Shown here piece by piece: positions 30,069 through 40,047 of a stretch of DNA of 64,000 nt. The position numbers and the translations under genes were made by a program. Location of the stretch: NCBI GenBank assembly GCA_963667785.2, contig CAXXMU010000001.1, positions 992,001 to 1,056,000 on the forward strand, given 5' to 3'. A model generated the notes under the pieces. The model was given only the letters and a program-made list of their open reading frames with translations. It ran no database searches and had not been told where the DNA came from. How positions within the stretch are numbered: position 1 is the first letter of the stretch; the number at the start of each line of letters is the position of its first letter. This DNA comes from Alphaproteobacteria bacterium. Its GTDB lineage: Bacteria; Pseudomonadota; Alphaproteobacteria; UBA828.

Positions 30069-30097
30069 CGGGGCGGCGGGGGAAGCCCGCCGCCCCG
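30069..30097 (-). terminator. GC hairpin between the binding-protein and permease genes (terminator or mRNA stabiliser)
   Basis: CGGGGCGGCGGG-GGAAG-CCCGCCGCCCCG, 12-bp stem, followed by ACTTT on the minus strand. Confidence 0.55.
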
Positions 30098-30148
30098 GCC
30101 CGGCGCCGTCATGGCGCTCGTCCCGAGGGACGCTCTACAGTCTCGCCG

Positions 30149-31816
30149 TCAGTCGGCGATGCTCATTTCCGCCACGTGGTAGTACTGCGTCGTGTACCAG
30201 CGGAAGTTGCTGACCTTGCGCGAGAGGCCGACGGCGAAATAGTGCTCGCCGATCCAGCCCAGCGGGGCGAGGTCGTGGATGTACTCCTGGATTCCGGCGT
30301 GCGCAGCGATGCGCGCCTCCGCGTCCACTACGCCCTGGCCATCCTGCAGCACCTGGTCGACCTTCGCGTCGGAGAAGTTGTGGTAGTTGACCAGCGCGTT
30401 GGTCGGCCACACCAGCTTCAGCGCGTAGTTGATGTCGGGCTGGATGGGCATGTCCGTCCACAGCGCGAGCGAGCCCTGCTTGCTCATCACGTTGTCAGAG
30501 TTCGCGGCGGTCGGCAGCTTCCTCAGCGAGAGATTGATGCCGGCCTTCTTGAAGTCGCTCTGCAGCAGGACGCCGATCGACTCCATCGCCGAAACGGCCG
30601 CGTCGAACGAGAGCTCGGCGTCGAAGCCGTCGGGATAGCCGGCCTCGGCGAGCAGCGCCTTGGCCTTCTCCGGGTTGAAGTCGTACTTGAGGTGCTCCTC
30701 ATAGCCCGGATAGGTGCTCGGCATCACGCCCTGCCACGCATTCATCATGCCGTGGTAGATGTCGCGGATGATCGCCTCCTGGTTGATGAGGTGATTCATC
30801 GCCTGGCGCACCTTCACGTCGTCGTAGGGCGGCAGCGTGTTGTTGATCATCATCCACATGGACTGGTTGCCGCGCACGGCGACGCCCCGCGCATTCGCAT
30901 CGTCGGCCAGCGCCACGATCTCGTCCGGCGACAACCCCTCGGCCATGTGCACCTTGCCCTGCTTGAGCAGGGCCACGCGGTTGGCCGATTCCGGCACCAC
31001 CAGATAAATGATCCGCTTGATCTCCGGCGCGCCGCGCCAGTAGTCCTCGTTGGCCTCCATGACGACCCGCTTGCCGGCGGTCCACTCGGTCACCCGGTAG
31101 CCGCCGAAGCCGCCGCCGTTGGTCGCGACCCACTTGTCGCCCCAGGGGTCCTCCTCGGTGGCGTGCTTCATGATCTCGGTGGAGTCGAGCCAAGCGTTGT
31201 AGTAGTTGGTCAGCCCCTTGCAGGCGAGTGGCATGGGCCGCGACGAGGTCAGCTCGACCGTGTAGTCGTCGATCTTGGCGTAGCCCCCGCTCTCCGGCGG
31301 GTCGATGGTCTGGCCCGGCATGCTGAGCAGGAACTCGAGGAAATTGTTGATCGCCTGCGTGGCCTTGCCGCGCTCGATCCGCCAGAGCACGTCGTCGGCG
31401 GTGAACTCGTTGCCCCAGGGCGAGATCACGCCCTTGCGCAGGTGATAGACGGCGCGCAGGCCGTCCGGCTGCATCTCGCACTTCTCGATGATGCCCGGCA
31501 CCAGGGTCTTCTGACCCATGTAGTCGGGATACTTGAAACCGGGGATCGTGGAGGGGTCCCAGGCGTCGCCCGTCGAGAAGGGGAAGTCGATCGACTCCCA
31601 GTTCATCCCATCCTCGAACACCTGCGCGCCCATGCTCCAGGTCTGTGGGCTCACGTGCTTGTCGAGGTCGATACCCTGCGGCAGGGCGCCGATGGCGATC
31701 ACCATCGTGTCCTGATTCGCGGATGCGGTCTTCGGCGGTGCCGCCACCACCAGCGCGGCGAGCGCTGCTGTGGCCGCGACCGCGAGGCCGCGTCTCGTGA
31801 TGTCACCCAAGGTCAT
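30149..31816 (-). CDS. Peptide-type ABC substrate-binding protein (family 5)
   Basis: Signal peptide; LRKGV..GNEFTADDV; DVKVRQAMN; YDFNPEKAKALLAEAGY. Confidence 0.92.
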   Translation of the reverse strand: MTLGDITRRGLAVAATAALAALVVAAPPKTASANQDTMVIAIGALPQGIDLDKHVSPQTWSMGAQVFEDGMNWESIDFPFSTGDAWDPSTIPGFKYPDYMGQKTLVPGIIEKCEMQPDGLRAVYHLRKGVISPWGNEFTADDVLWRIERGKATQAINNFLEFLLSMPGQTIDPPESGGYAKIDDYTVELTSSRPMPLACKGLTNYYNAWLDSTEIMKHATEEDPWGDKWVATNGGGFGGYRVTEWTAGKRVVMEANEDYWRGAPEIKRIIYLVVPESANRVALLKQGKVHMAEGLSPDEIVALADDANARGVAVRGNQSMWMMINNTLPPYDDVKVRQAMNHLINQEAIIRDIYHGMMNAWQGVMPSTYPGYEEHLKYDFNPEKAKALLAEAGYPDGFDAELSFDAAVSAMESIGVLLQSDFKKAGINLSLRKLPTAANSDNVMSKQGSLALWTDMPIQPDINYALKLVWPTNALVNYHNFSDAKVDQVLQDGQGVVDAEARIAAHAGIQEYIHDLAPLGWIGEHYFAVGLSRKVSNFRWYTTQYYHVAEMSIAD

Positions 31817-31986
31817 GTCGTCTCTCCCTCAGTCTCCCTCTGCGCCGCAGGATCAGCCGCCGCGCACCGGCGCGCGCGTCGCGGATCGCGGCGGCATTCT
31901 AAAAGAAAATTATAACAATCGCTCGTTCAAATTTGCCGGGCGGCAGCATCCGCCGAGTCCGCCCCGCCGCCGCGCCCGTCGCCCCG

Positions 31987-32967
31987 CTATGTCAGGCTGC
32001 GCGCGTCCGCCATCGAGGCCGCGACGTCGTCCCAGCGGCGGCAGGCTGAATAGTGCTCCGCCTCGATCTCCAGCAGCGGCGGCACCGCCTCGCGGCAGGC
32101 ATCCTCGCGGATCGGGCAGCGGCCGTAGAGCGGGCATTCCGGCCGGGGATTGATCGCGGTCGGGATCTCGCCCTCGATGACGTAGGGGTCGGGGCGACGC
32201 TTCGGGTCCGGGAACAGCACCGCAGAAAGCAACGCGCGGCTGTAGGGGTGCCGCTGGCTCTCCATGATGATCTCGGTCGGCGCGTGCTCGACGATATGGC
32301 CGAGATACATGATCGCGATGCGATGGCTGATCTTGGCGACCGAGGTCAGGTCGTGGGAGATGAAGATATAGGCGGTATCGGTCTCGCTCTGGATCGCCTT
32401 GAGGAGGTCCAGGATCTCGGCCCGCGCGGAAGGGTCGAGCATCGACGTGGGCTCGTCGAGCACCACGAACTCGGGCTCGGTGACCAGCGCGCGCGCGATG
32501 CCCACCCGCTGCTGCTCGCTCGCGGTGAGATCCGCCGGATAGTAGTTGAAGACGTCGGCCGAGAGGCCGACGCGCTCGAGCATGGCGGCGACGCGGGGCC
32601 TGCGCTCGGTGCGGTTCACGCCGTGCAGCGCGAGCGGCTCGTCCACCGTCTGGTAGACCGTGAGCCTGGGATTGAGCGAGCCGAAGGGGTCCTGGAAGAC
32701 GAGCTGCATCCGCGCCCTGAGCGCCCGGAGGCGCGCCGGGTCGAGGTCGCTGATCTCCTCGTCGCCGAGGGCGATCCGCCCTTCGGTCGGCTCGATGAGC
32801 CTGAGCACGCAGCGCCCGACCGTGGTCTTGCCGGAGCCGCTCTCGCCGACCAGGCCCAGCGTCTCGCCGCGCTCCAGCTCGAACGAGACGTTGTTGACCG
32901 CGATCAGGTTCTCGTCCTTGCCGACCACGAAGATCTTGGTCAGATTTTCGACCGTGAGCAGCGCCAC
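31987..32967 (-). CDS. Peptide-type ABC ATPase (DppF-like)
   Basis: [27 protein letters not shown]-terminal CP..GRCP...C. Confidence 0.92.
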   Translation of the reverse strand: MALLTVENLTKIFVVGKDENLIAVNNVSFELERGETLGLVGESGSGKTTVGRCVLRLIEPTEGRIALGDEEISDLDPARLRALRARMQLVFQDPFGSLNPRLTVYQTVDEPLALHGVNRTERRPRVAAMLERVGLSADVFNYYPADLTASEQQRVGIARALVTEPEFVVLDEPTSMLDPSARAEILDLLKAIQSETDTAYIFISHDLTSVAKISHRIAIMYLGHIVEHAPTEIIMESQRHPYSRALLSAVLFPDPKRRPDPYVIEGEIPTAINPRPECPLYGRCPIREDACREAVPPLLEIEAEHYSACRRWDDVAASMADARSLT

Positions 32968-33107
32968 CGCACCTCGTCCCGCCGCCTGCGGCGCGCCAGC
33001 GCTGCCGCCGTGTCGCCTCCCTATCGCAAGCGGTCGGTGCGGGCAAGGGTGGCGGCCCGGTCGGGCGAGCGCGATCCCGCCCTTTCGCCCTTCCGGCCGG
33101 TCCGCTA

Positions 33108-33899
33108 ATGACGACCCCCATGAGTGAGCAGGATTACACCGCCGACGAGATGATGACGGTCGCGGCGTCCAGGCTGATCGACGACGGCACGGTGTGCTTC
33201 GTCGGCATCGGCCTGCCGAGCGCAGCCGCCAACCTCGCCCGCGTCACCCATGCGCCTGGCGCCGTGTTGATCTACGAATCCGGCACCGTGGGCGCGAAGC
33301 CCAGCCTGCTGCCGCTTTCGATCGGCGACAGCGAGCTTGCCGAGACCGCCGACATGGTGGTCTCCACCGCCGAGATCTTCCGCTACTGGCTCCAGGGCGG
33401 GCGTATCACGGTGGGCTTTCTCGGGGCGGCGCAGATCGACCGCTTCGGCAACATCAACACGACCGTGATAGGCGAGTACGCGCAGCCGAAGACGCGACTC
33501 CCCGGCGCTGGCGGCGCGCCGGAGATCGCGGCGCTCGCCGGCCAGGTCTTCGTCATCATGCGCCAGTCGCGGCGCGGCTTCGTCGAGCAGGTCGATTTCG
33601 TGACCTCGGCCGGCCATCTGACCGGCGGCGACTGGCGAGAACGCGCCGGGCTTCCCGGGCGCGGGCCCAGCACGGTGATTACCGATCTCGGCGTCCTCGA
33701 ACCCCACCCGGAGAGCCGCGAGCTCGTCCTCACCCATGTCCATCCGGGTATCGAGGTGGACGACGTGCGGGCCGCCACCGGCTGGACGCTCGCGGTGGCG
33801 GACGACCTTGCCGTCACGCCGGCACCGAGCGAGGGCGAGCTGGCCGCGCTGCGCGGGCTGCACGAGCGCACCCGGGCTGCGCGCGATCGCGCCGGCTAA
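33108..33899 (+). CDS. CoA-transferase beta subunit (glutaconate/3-oxoadipate CoA-transferase type)
   Basis: [44 protein letters not shown]. Confidence 0.88.
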   Translation: MTTPMSEQDYTADEMMTVAASRLIDDGTVCFVGIGLPSAAANLARVTHAPGAVLIYESGTVGAKPSLLPLSIGDSELAETADMVVSTAEIFRYWLQGGRITVGFLGAAQIDRFGNINTTVIGEYAQPKTRLPGAGGAPEIAALAGQVFVIMRQSRRGFVEQVDFVTSAGHLTGGDWRERAGLPGRGPSTVITDLGVLEPHPESRELVLTHVHPGIEVDDVRAATGWTLAVADDLAVTPAPSEGELAALRGLHERTRAARDRAG

Positions 33900-33951
33900 A
33901 GCGTATCCGCCTCGGACGTCTCCGCGAGAGGCCGTAAGCGCTACCCGGCGC

Positions 33952-34392
33952 TCACCAGCTCCCGGTATTGGGCATGCTCTTCCACGGCTCGGCCGGCGCG
34001 AGCGGCTTGCCCTTCTGCAGCAGCTCGATCGAGATCCCGTCCGGCGAGCGGATGAACGCCATGTGGCCGTCCCGGGGCGGCCGGTTGATGGTGACGCCCT
34101 TCTCGTGCAGGCCGGCGCAGATCTCGTAGATGTCGTCCACGCGGTAGGCGAGATGGCCGAAATTGCGGCCGCCGCCGAGCTCCTCCGGGTCCCAGTTGTA
34201 GGTGAGCTCGACCAGCGGCGCGTGGTCCTGCTTCGCCCTAGCGACGTCGCCCGGCGCGGACAGGAAGATCAGGGTGAAGCGGCCCTGCTCGCTCTCGTAG
34301 CGCGTGGTCTCCACCAGGCCGAGCTTCGCGCAGTAGAAGTCGAGCGCCTCGTCCAGGTCCGTGACCCGCACCATGGTATGCAGATACTCCAC
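33952..34392 (-). CDS. gloA: Lactoylglutathione lyase (glyoxalase I)
   Basis: [34 protein letters not shown]. Confidence 0.85.
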   Translation of the reverse strand: MEYLHTMVRVTDLDEALDFYCAKLGLVETTRYESEQGRFTLIFLSAPGDVARAKQDHAPLVELTYNWDPEELGGGRNFGHLAYRVDDIYEICAGLHEKGVTINRPPRDGHMAFIRSPDGISIELLQKGKPLAPAEPWKSMPNTGSW

Positions 34393-34422
34393 GCGTCGTT
34401 CCTCCTTCGTCGTCGGGCGGGC

Positions 34423-35097
34423 TCACTCCGCCGCAGGCGCGAGCAGCGGCAGCGCGCGCAGGGCGGCACAGGCCGCGCCGTAGCCGTTGTCGATGTTGAC
34501 GACCGCGACGCCTGGCGCGCAGGAGCCGAGGATGGCCATGAGCGCGGTGGCGCCGCCCTGGGCGATACCGTAGCCCGTCGAGGTCGGCACCGCGATCACC
34601 AGGCCGGGCACGAGGCCGCCCACCACCGAGGGGAGCGCGGCATCCATGCCGGCCGCGACGATGACGATGGGGAAGGCCCTGATCTCGTCGATCCTCTCCA
34701 TCAGGCGCCACAGGCCGGCGACGCCCACGTCGCCGATCTCCACCGCGGGGTGGCCGTGATAGGCGAGGGTGCGGGCGGCCTCGCGGCTCACCGGCTGGTC
34801 GGAGGTGCCGGCCGAGACGATCGCGACCCTGGTCTCGCCCGCAGGCGCGGCGACCTCGCCGAAGAAGCCGGTCCGCGACAGCGGCTCGTGGTCGATGCGG
34901 CCGGCGAGTTCGGCCGGCAAGGCTTCGCGCTGGGCCTCGTCGAGGCGCGTCAGCAGCAGGCTCACGCCGGCCTCGTCCGCACGGCGGAGGATGTCGGCGA
35001 GCTGCTCGTCGGTCTTGCCGGCGCAGAGCACGGCTTCCTCGATGCCGAGGCGGGCGCGGCGCTCCAGATCGAGGGTGATGGCGGTGGGCGTGCTCAC
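34423..35097 (-). CDS. larB: Nickel-pincer cofactor biosynthesis protein LarB
   Basis: GTG start overlapping the larE stop; AGTSD, DVGVAGLWR, AGMDAALPSVVGG, PTSTGYG, VVNIDNGYGAA. Confidence 0.9.
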   Translation of the reverse strand: MSTPTAITLDLERRARLGIEEAVLCAGKTDEQLADILRRADEAGVSLLLTRLDEAQREALPAELAGRIDHEPLSRTGFFGEVAAPAGETRVAIVSAGTSDQPVSREAARTLAYHGHPAVEIGDVGVAGLWRLMERIDEIRAFPIVIVAAGMDAALPSVVGGLVPGLVIAVPTSTGYGIAQGGATALMAILGSCAPGVAVVNIDNGYGAACAALRALPLLAPAAE

Positions 35098-35915
35098 GCC
35101 GGGAGTGCCGGCCTCAGGAAGGCGCTGCCGGTCCGATAGGGCGCGAAGCTGACCTGCCCGGCGCGCGCGCCCTGGTCGAACATGCCGGCGACGGCGGCGC
35201 CGAGAACGGCCCGGCGGCTCTCGCTCAGCGCATCGAGGGTGGGCCCGTCGAGCTCGATCACGATGCCGGCCCTGCGCTTGCGGCAGCGTACCGTCTCGGG
35301 CCGCAACTGCCGGGCCAGATAGCGCTCGGCGGCGTGAATCGAGGCGAGGTCGTCCGCCTCGACGCGGAGCCCGGTCTCGATGCGGCTGGAGAGGCAGGGG
35401 GCGGCCGGCAGCCCGGCCAGATCGTCGAAGCCGAGCGCGGCCGCGATGGCGCGAATCTGTGCCTTGCCGATGCCGGCCTCGACGAAGGGATGGCGCACGC
35501 CGTGCGCCTGCGCCGCCTTCAGCCCCGGCCGCCAGTCGTCGAGGTCGTCCACGTTGGTGCCGGAAAGCAGAGTGGCGTCGCTGCGCGCTGCCAACGCGGC
35601 GTAAAGATTCGTCTTGCAGTAATAACAGCGGTCTGCCGGATTGGCGCGGTAGGCGGGATCCTCGAACTCGCCCGCATCCAGCACCGTGAGTAGCCACCCC
35701 TCCCGCGCGGCGAACGTCCGCACCCGCGCCGTCGCCTCCGGCGGCACTGCCGGCGAGACGGCATGGAACATCGCGCAGTCCCGGCCCTGACGACGGCCGG
35801 CGAGCAGAGCCAGCGTCATGCTGTCCACGCCACCGCTCACCGCGACCGCAGCCGGGCCGATCCCGTCCAGCACCCCGTGCAGGGCGCGCACGCGCGCGGC
35901 TGCCGGCTCAGCCAT
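35094..35915 (-). CDS. larE: LarE-like ATP-dependent sulfur insertase
   Basis: PP-loop SGGVDS, RCYYCK, GTNVDDLDDWRPGLKAA, APCLSSRI. Confidence 0.88.
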   Translation of the reverse strand: MAEPAAARVRALHGVLDGIGPAAVAVSGGVDSMTLALLAGRRQGRDCAMFHAVSPAVPPEATARVRTFAAREGWLLTVLDAGEFEDPAYRANPADRCYYCKTNLYAALAARSDATLLSGTNVDDLDDWRPGLKAAQAHGVRHPFVEAGIGKAQIRAIAAALGFDDLAGLPAAPCLSSRIETGLRVEADDLASIHAAERYLARQLRPETVRCRKRRAGIVIELDGPTLDALSESRRAVLGAAVAGMFDQGARAGQVSFAPYRTGSAFLRPALPA

Positions 35916-37176
35916 TGCCGCGCTGCCTCCGTGCCGCCGCCTCGGCGCCCCGCCGGCGCTCCTCGCGGGCGGCATGGCCTGCGCTCCCCGCGAGGTCGGC
36001 GAGCTCGGCCTTGGCGGTCACGGCGCCGGCCGGTCGCCGCGCGCGCTTCACCTGCACCGTGCCGCGCGAATCCGCATGGGAGGTCGTCTCCCGCGCGAGC
36101 GTGCTGCGGGCGATCCGCGACCAGCGGATGCCGAGGGTGGTGGTCTCGTCGAAGACCGCATCGAGCGCCGCGTCGAGCGCTGCCGCCTCCGCCAGAACCT
36201 GCACCGCAGCCAGCATGCGGCCCTTCTTGCCGTAGACCGGCCACTGCACCACGTCGAGGATGCCGGGCCGGGCGCGCAGACGCTCCAGCCCGAGCGCGAG
36301 ATCCTCCGGCGTCTGGTCGTCGATCTCGAAGCGCAGCATCGCCACCGCCTCCTGCCGGGCGGCGGGTGCGATGGGCGCGAATTCCATGACGCGCAGCACG
36401 TTGCCGAGGCCGGGCAGGGAGCGGCTGCCGAGGCCGGTTCCGGTGCCCACCAGCGTTTCCGGCTCGGCGGCCGGCGCCTGGTCCGGCGCGAGGTGCCTGA
36501 GGATCGCCGCGCCGGTCGGCGTCACCCGCTCGCCGGCGATGCCGTCGTCGAAAGTGGCGAGCCCGTTCAGCAGATGCACCACCGCCGGCGCCGGCACCGG
36601 CAGCAGACCGTGGGCGCAGCGCACCCGGCCCGAGCCAAGGGGGACGGCACCGCACGACCAGCGCGCCGGGCCCAGTGCCTCGATCAGATGAGCCGCCGCG
36701 ACGATGTCCACGGTCGCATCCCAGGCGCCGACTTCGTGGAAGGTGACCTCGGCCGGGTCCATGCCGTGCACCGCACCCTCGGCTTCGGCAAGCAGCGTGA
36801 AGATCGCAAGCGCCCGCCTGCGCACGGCCGGCACGATGCGGGCGGCCTCCAGCCGCTCGGCCACGTCGGCGAGCCGCACATGGCCGTGGTCACCGTCGTC
36901 CGCGCCGCCCACGCGGAAGCGCGTGCCCGCAAGCGCCGCGTCTCGCTGCGCCTCGATGGCGACGGACACGGAAGGCGGCAGGCCGAGAGCGTCGATCGTC
37001 GCGCGCAGGCCGTCGGCAAGCGCCGGGCGGGCATCGAGCAGCGCGGCGGCGAACATGTCGCCGGCGATGCCGCCGACCGGGTCGAGGTGAAAGCGCGGCC
37101 GGGGGTCGCTCCGCGCCGAACCTTCCGTCTCGTCCCCGTCCACGGCCGCCGCTGCGGGGGGCGGTGCGTTGTCCAT
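35908..37176 (-). CDS. larC: LarC nickel insertion protein
   Basis: GGIAGDMF, AEAEGAVHG..FHEVGAWD..VDIV, CAHGLLPVPAPA, TPTGAA, EIDDQTPE, GKKGR, TTTLGIR. Confidence 0.9.
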   Translation of the reverse strand: MDNAPPPAAAAVDGDETEGSARSDPRPRFHLDPVGGIAGDMFAAALLDARPALADGLRATIDALGLPPSVSVAIEAQRDAALAGTRFRVGGADDGDHGHVRLADVAERLEAARIVPAVRRRALAIFTLLAEAEGAVHGMDPAEVTFHEVGAWDATVDIVAAAHLIEALGPARWSCGAVPLGSGRVRCAHGLLPVPAPAVVHLLNGLATFDDGIAGERVTPTGAAILRHLAPDQAPAAEPETLVGTGTGLGSRSLPGLGNVLRVMEFAPIAPAARQEAVAMLRFEIDDQTPEDLALGLERLRARPGILDVVQWPVYGKKGRMLAAVQVLAEAAALDAALDAVFDETTTLGIRWSRIARSTLARETTSHADSRGTVQVKRARRPAGAVTAKAELADLAGSAGHAAREERRRGAEAAARRQRGNG

Positions 37177-37183
37177 GCGGCCG

Positions 37184-37975
37184 CTACTCTCCCTTGAAGA
37201 CCGGCTTGCGCTTCTCCGTGAAGGACGCGACGCCCTCGGCGAAGTCGGCCGACGAGCGCAGCCTACCATAGGCCTCGCCCTCGAGGGCGATGGCGACGTG
37301 CAGCGGCGCGTCCTCGGCCTCGTTGAGGAGCTTCTTGGCAGTGCGCTGGGCGAGCGGGGAGAAGCCCCTGAGCTCGTCGACGAGGGCGTCGGTCGCCGCG
37401 GCGAGCTTCTCCTCGGGCACGCAATCCAGCGCGATGCCCCACGCGAGCGCTTCCGGGCCGGGGAGCCGCCGGGCCCGCATCACCAGGTCCTTGGTGCGTC
37501 CGATGCCGATCATCCTGGCGAGGCGCGCGGAGCCGCCGGAACCGGGGATCATGCCGATGCGCTGCTCCGGCAGGCCGAGCAGGGCGTTCTCGGTGACGAT
37601 GCGGAAGTCGCAGGCGAGCGCAAGCTCGAAGGCGACGCCGAAGCAGTAGCCGTGGATCGCCGCGATCACCGGCTGGCGGCAGCGCTCCGGCGCGGCGACG
37701 TTGCGCGCGAGCACGGCGAGCTGCTCGGGTTCGCGCGTCATGAAGCCCGGAATGTCGCCGCCGCTCGAGAAGTGCTTGCCCTCTGCGCGGAGCACGATCA
37801 CGCGCACGCTGTCGTCGGCATCGAGCGTGGCAAAGACGGCGGCGAGCTGGTCCCGCTCAGGCATGCTCACGACGTTGAGCGGCGGGCGGGCGAGGACGAT
37901 ATCGGCGCGCGCCGCCGCATGGTCGACCTCGACGCGGAAGCCGTCGAGATCGTCGAAGGGGCCGCCTGTCGTCAT
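37184..37975 (-). CDS. hmfE: Enoyl-CoA hydratase family, HmfE-like 2-oxoglutaroyl-CoA hydrolase
   Basis: LDGFRVEVD..RADIVL, FSSGGDI, NVAAPERC, IPGSGGSARL, FSPLAQRTAKKLLN resemble HmfE as I recall it; operon context fits. Confidence 0.8.
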   Translation of the reverse strand: MTTGGPFDDLDGFRVEVDHAAARADIVLARPPLNVVSMPERDQLAAVFATLDADDSVRVIVLRAEGKHFSSGGDIPGFMTREPEQLAVLARNVAAPERCRQPVIAAIHGYCFGVAFELALACDFRIVTENALLGLPEQRIGMIPGSGGSARLARMIGIGRTKDLVMRARRLPGPEALAWGIALDCVPEEKLAAATDALVDELRGFSPLAQRTAKKLLNEAEDAPLHVAIALEGEAYGRLRSSADFAEGVASFTEKRKPVFKGE

Positions 37976-39531
37976 GCAAGTCTCCCGCCGCCGGCTCGTG
38001 CGTCGCCGGCGTCATCGTCTTCCTCGTAGTCGCCGGCAATCAGCAGGCGGCGCAGGACCTTGCCGACCGGGGACTTCGGGATTGCGCGGACGAAGACGTA
38101 GGCGCGCGGCCGCTTGAAGTCCGCCAGCGCAGAGGCGCGGCAGTGGGCGTCGAGCGCGGCGGCGTCCACCGGCCCGGCCCGCACGACGAAGGCGGCCACC
38201 TTCTTGCCCCAGCGCTCGTCATCGAGGCCTGCAACCGCCGCCTCCGCCACGGCCGGGTGGACCGAGAGCACGCTCTCGATCTCTGCCGGCAGCACGTTCT
38301 CGCCGCCGCTGATGATCATGTCGTCGACCCGGCCCGTCACGAAGAGATCGCCGTCTTCGTCGCAATAGCCGACATCGCCGGTGAAATACCAGCCCAGCCG
38401 GAGCGCGCGCGCGTCCGCGTCCGGCCGCTGCCAGTAGCCGGCGAAGGCCTCCTCGCTGTCGAGACTGGCGATCACCTCGCCGTCCGTGCCGGGTGGGACG
38501 ATGCGGTCCGGGTCGCCCGCGCCGATCTCGACCACGCGGATACGCTGGTTGAGGCCTGCCTTGCCGGCCGAGCCCGGCTTCGCAGCCGCGTTCTGGTCGA
38601 TGGTGAAGGTGTAGATCTCCGAGGAGCCGTAGTGGTTGACGAAGAGCTCGGGCTGGAAGGCGTTCTCGACGCGCCGCAGCAGGCCCTCCGCCATCGGTGC
38701 CCCGGCGAAGCCGAGCTTGCGCACCGAGGAGAGGTCGGCGTGGGCAAAGCGCGGGCTTGCCAGCAGGTCGAAATAGAGCGTCGACACGAGGTAGAGGGCG
38801 GTGATCCGCTCCGCCTCGATCAGGCCGAGCGCGCCCTGCGCCTCGAAGCGCGGCTGGCAGACGAATGTGCCGCCCAGCGGCGCCATGGCGAGCAGCGAGC
38901 GCACCCCCATGGTGTGGTAGAGCGGCATGACGCCGAGGGTCCGCTCGCCCGTGCGGTAGCAGTTCTGCGCGATGTGGGCCAGCGCCGCGGCGCGCTCGGC
39001 GCGGTGGCTGCGGGGGACCCCCTTGCCGCGCCCGGTGGTGCCGGAGGTGTAGAGCATGAGCGAGAGATCGTCCTCGCCGGCCCGGGGCGTTGGCGCAGCC
39101 GGCGCCGCCAACAGCTCGGCGAGATCGACCGTGCCCGCCGGCCCGTTGCCGACGGCGATGCGGCGGAGCCGGGCGGCGCGGGCGGAGCCTGCGACGGCAG
39201 CCGCGGCGGAAGCGTCGAAGGCCAGCGCCTTGGCGCCGGAATCGCTGAGGAAGAAATCGAGCTCGTCCTCGCCGCTCCGCCAGTTGAGCGGCACCACGAC
39301 GACGCCGGCAAGCTGGCAGGCCCAGTGGAGCGCCGCCATCTCCCAGCGGTTCTGCATGATGACGGCGAGCCGGTCGCCCGGCGCGAGGTCGAGTCCGCCG
39401 AGGCCGCCTGCGAGGCGCGCTGCGGTATCGAGCCACGCGCCATAGTCGAAGCGCCTCTCGCCGTCGACGACCGCGAGCGCACCCGGGTGCCGCTCGGCGG
39501 CGGCGATCAGCGTGCGGCCCAGGTCGGTCAC
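37972..39531 (-). CDS. hmfD: AMP-forming CoA ligase, HmfD-like 2-furoyl-CoA synthetase
   Basis: YTSGTTGRGKG, YGSSE, FTGD, GRVDDMIISGGEN, KSPVGK. Confidence 0.8.
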   Translation of the reverse strand: MTDLGRTLIAAAERHPGALAVVDGERRFDYGAWLDTAARLAGGLGGLDLAPGDRLAVIMQNRWEMAALHWACQLAGVVVVPLNWRSGEDELDFFLSDSGAKALAFDASAAAAVAGSARAARLRRIAVGNGPAGTVDLAELLAAPAAPTPRAGEDDLSLMLYTSGTTGRGKGVPRSHRAERAAALAHIAQNCYRTGERTLGVMPLYHTMGVRSLLAMAPLGGTFVCQPRFEAQGALGLIEAERITALYLVSTLYFDLLASPRFAHADLSSVRKLGFAGAPMAEGLLRRVENAFQPELFVNHYGSSEIYTFTIDQNAAAKPGSAGKAGLNQRIRVVEIGAGDPDRIVPPGTDGEVIASLDSEEAFAGYWQRPDADARALRLGWYFTGDVGYCDEDGDLFVTGRVDDMIISGGENVLPAEIESVLSVHPAVAEAAVAGLDDERWGKKVAAFVVRAGPVDAAALDAHCRASALADFKRPRAYVFVRAIPKSPVGKVLRRLLIAGDYEEDDDAGDARAGGGRLA

Positions 39532-39534
39532 GCG

Positions 39535-40047
39535 TCAGTCGTCCTCGCCCGTATCCCCGGCCCGAGCGGTGCGCGCGGCCTCCAGCGCGGCCGCGACGAT
39601 GCCGCCATAGCCGGTGCAGCGGCAGAGGTGGCCGCTGAGGAGTTCGCGGATCTCGCCCTCGTCCGGCGCCGGCCTGCCGTCGAGCCAGGCATCGAGCGAC
39701 ATGAGGATGCCGGGAGTGCAGAAGCCGCACTGGAGCGCGTGGTGGCGGCGGAACGCCTTCTGCAGGTCGTTCAGCTCGCCCTCCGGTGCCAGCCCCTCCA
39801 CCGTGTCCACGCGCCTGCCCTCGGCCTGGACGGCGAGCGTCAGGCAGGCGCGCACGGGCGCCCCGTCGAGGCGCACCGTGCAGGCGCCGCAGACGCCGTG
39901 CTCGCATCCCACGTGCGTGCCCGTGGCGCCAAGCGCGTGGCGCAGGAAATCGCTCAGCAGCATGCGCGGCTCGGCCCAGCCGCCCGTCTCGCGGCCGTTG
40001 AGGGTGAGGCCGATGCGGTGGCGGCTCTCGGCGCCGAGCCGCTTCAT
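39535..40047 (-). CDS. hmfC: Mo-hydroxylase 2Fe-2S subunit (HmfC-like)
   Basis: GCEHGVCGACT, QCGFCTPG, LCRCTGY. Confidence 0.82.
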   Translation of the reverse strand: MKRLGAESRHRIGLTLNGRETGGWAEPRMLLSDFLRHALGATGTHVGCEHGVCGACTVRLDGAPVRACLTLAVQAEGRRVDTVEGLAPEGELNDLQKAFRRHHALQCGFCTPGILMSLDAWLDGRPAPDEGEIRELLSGHLCRCTGYGGIVAAALEAARTARAGDTGEDD

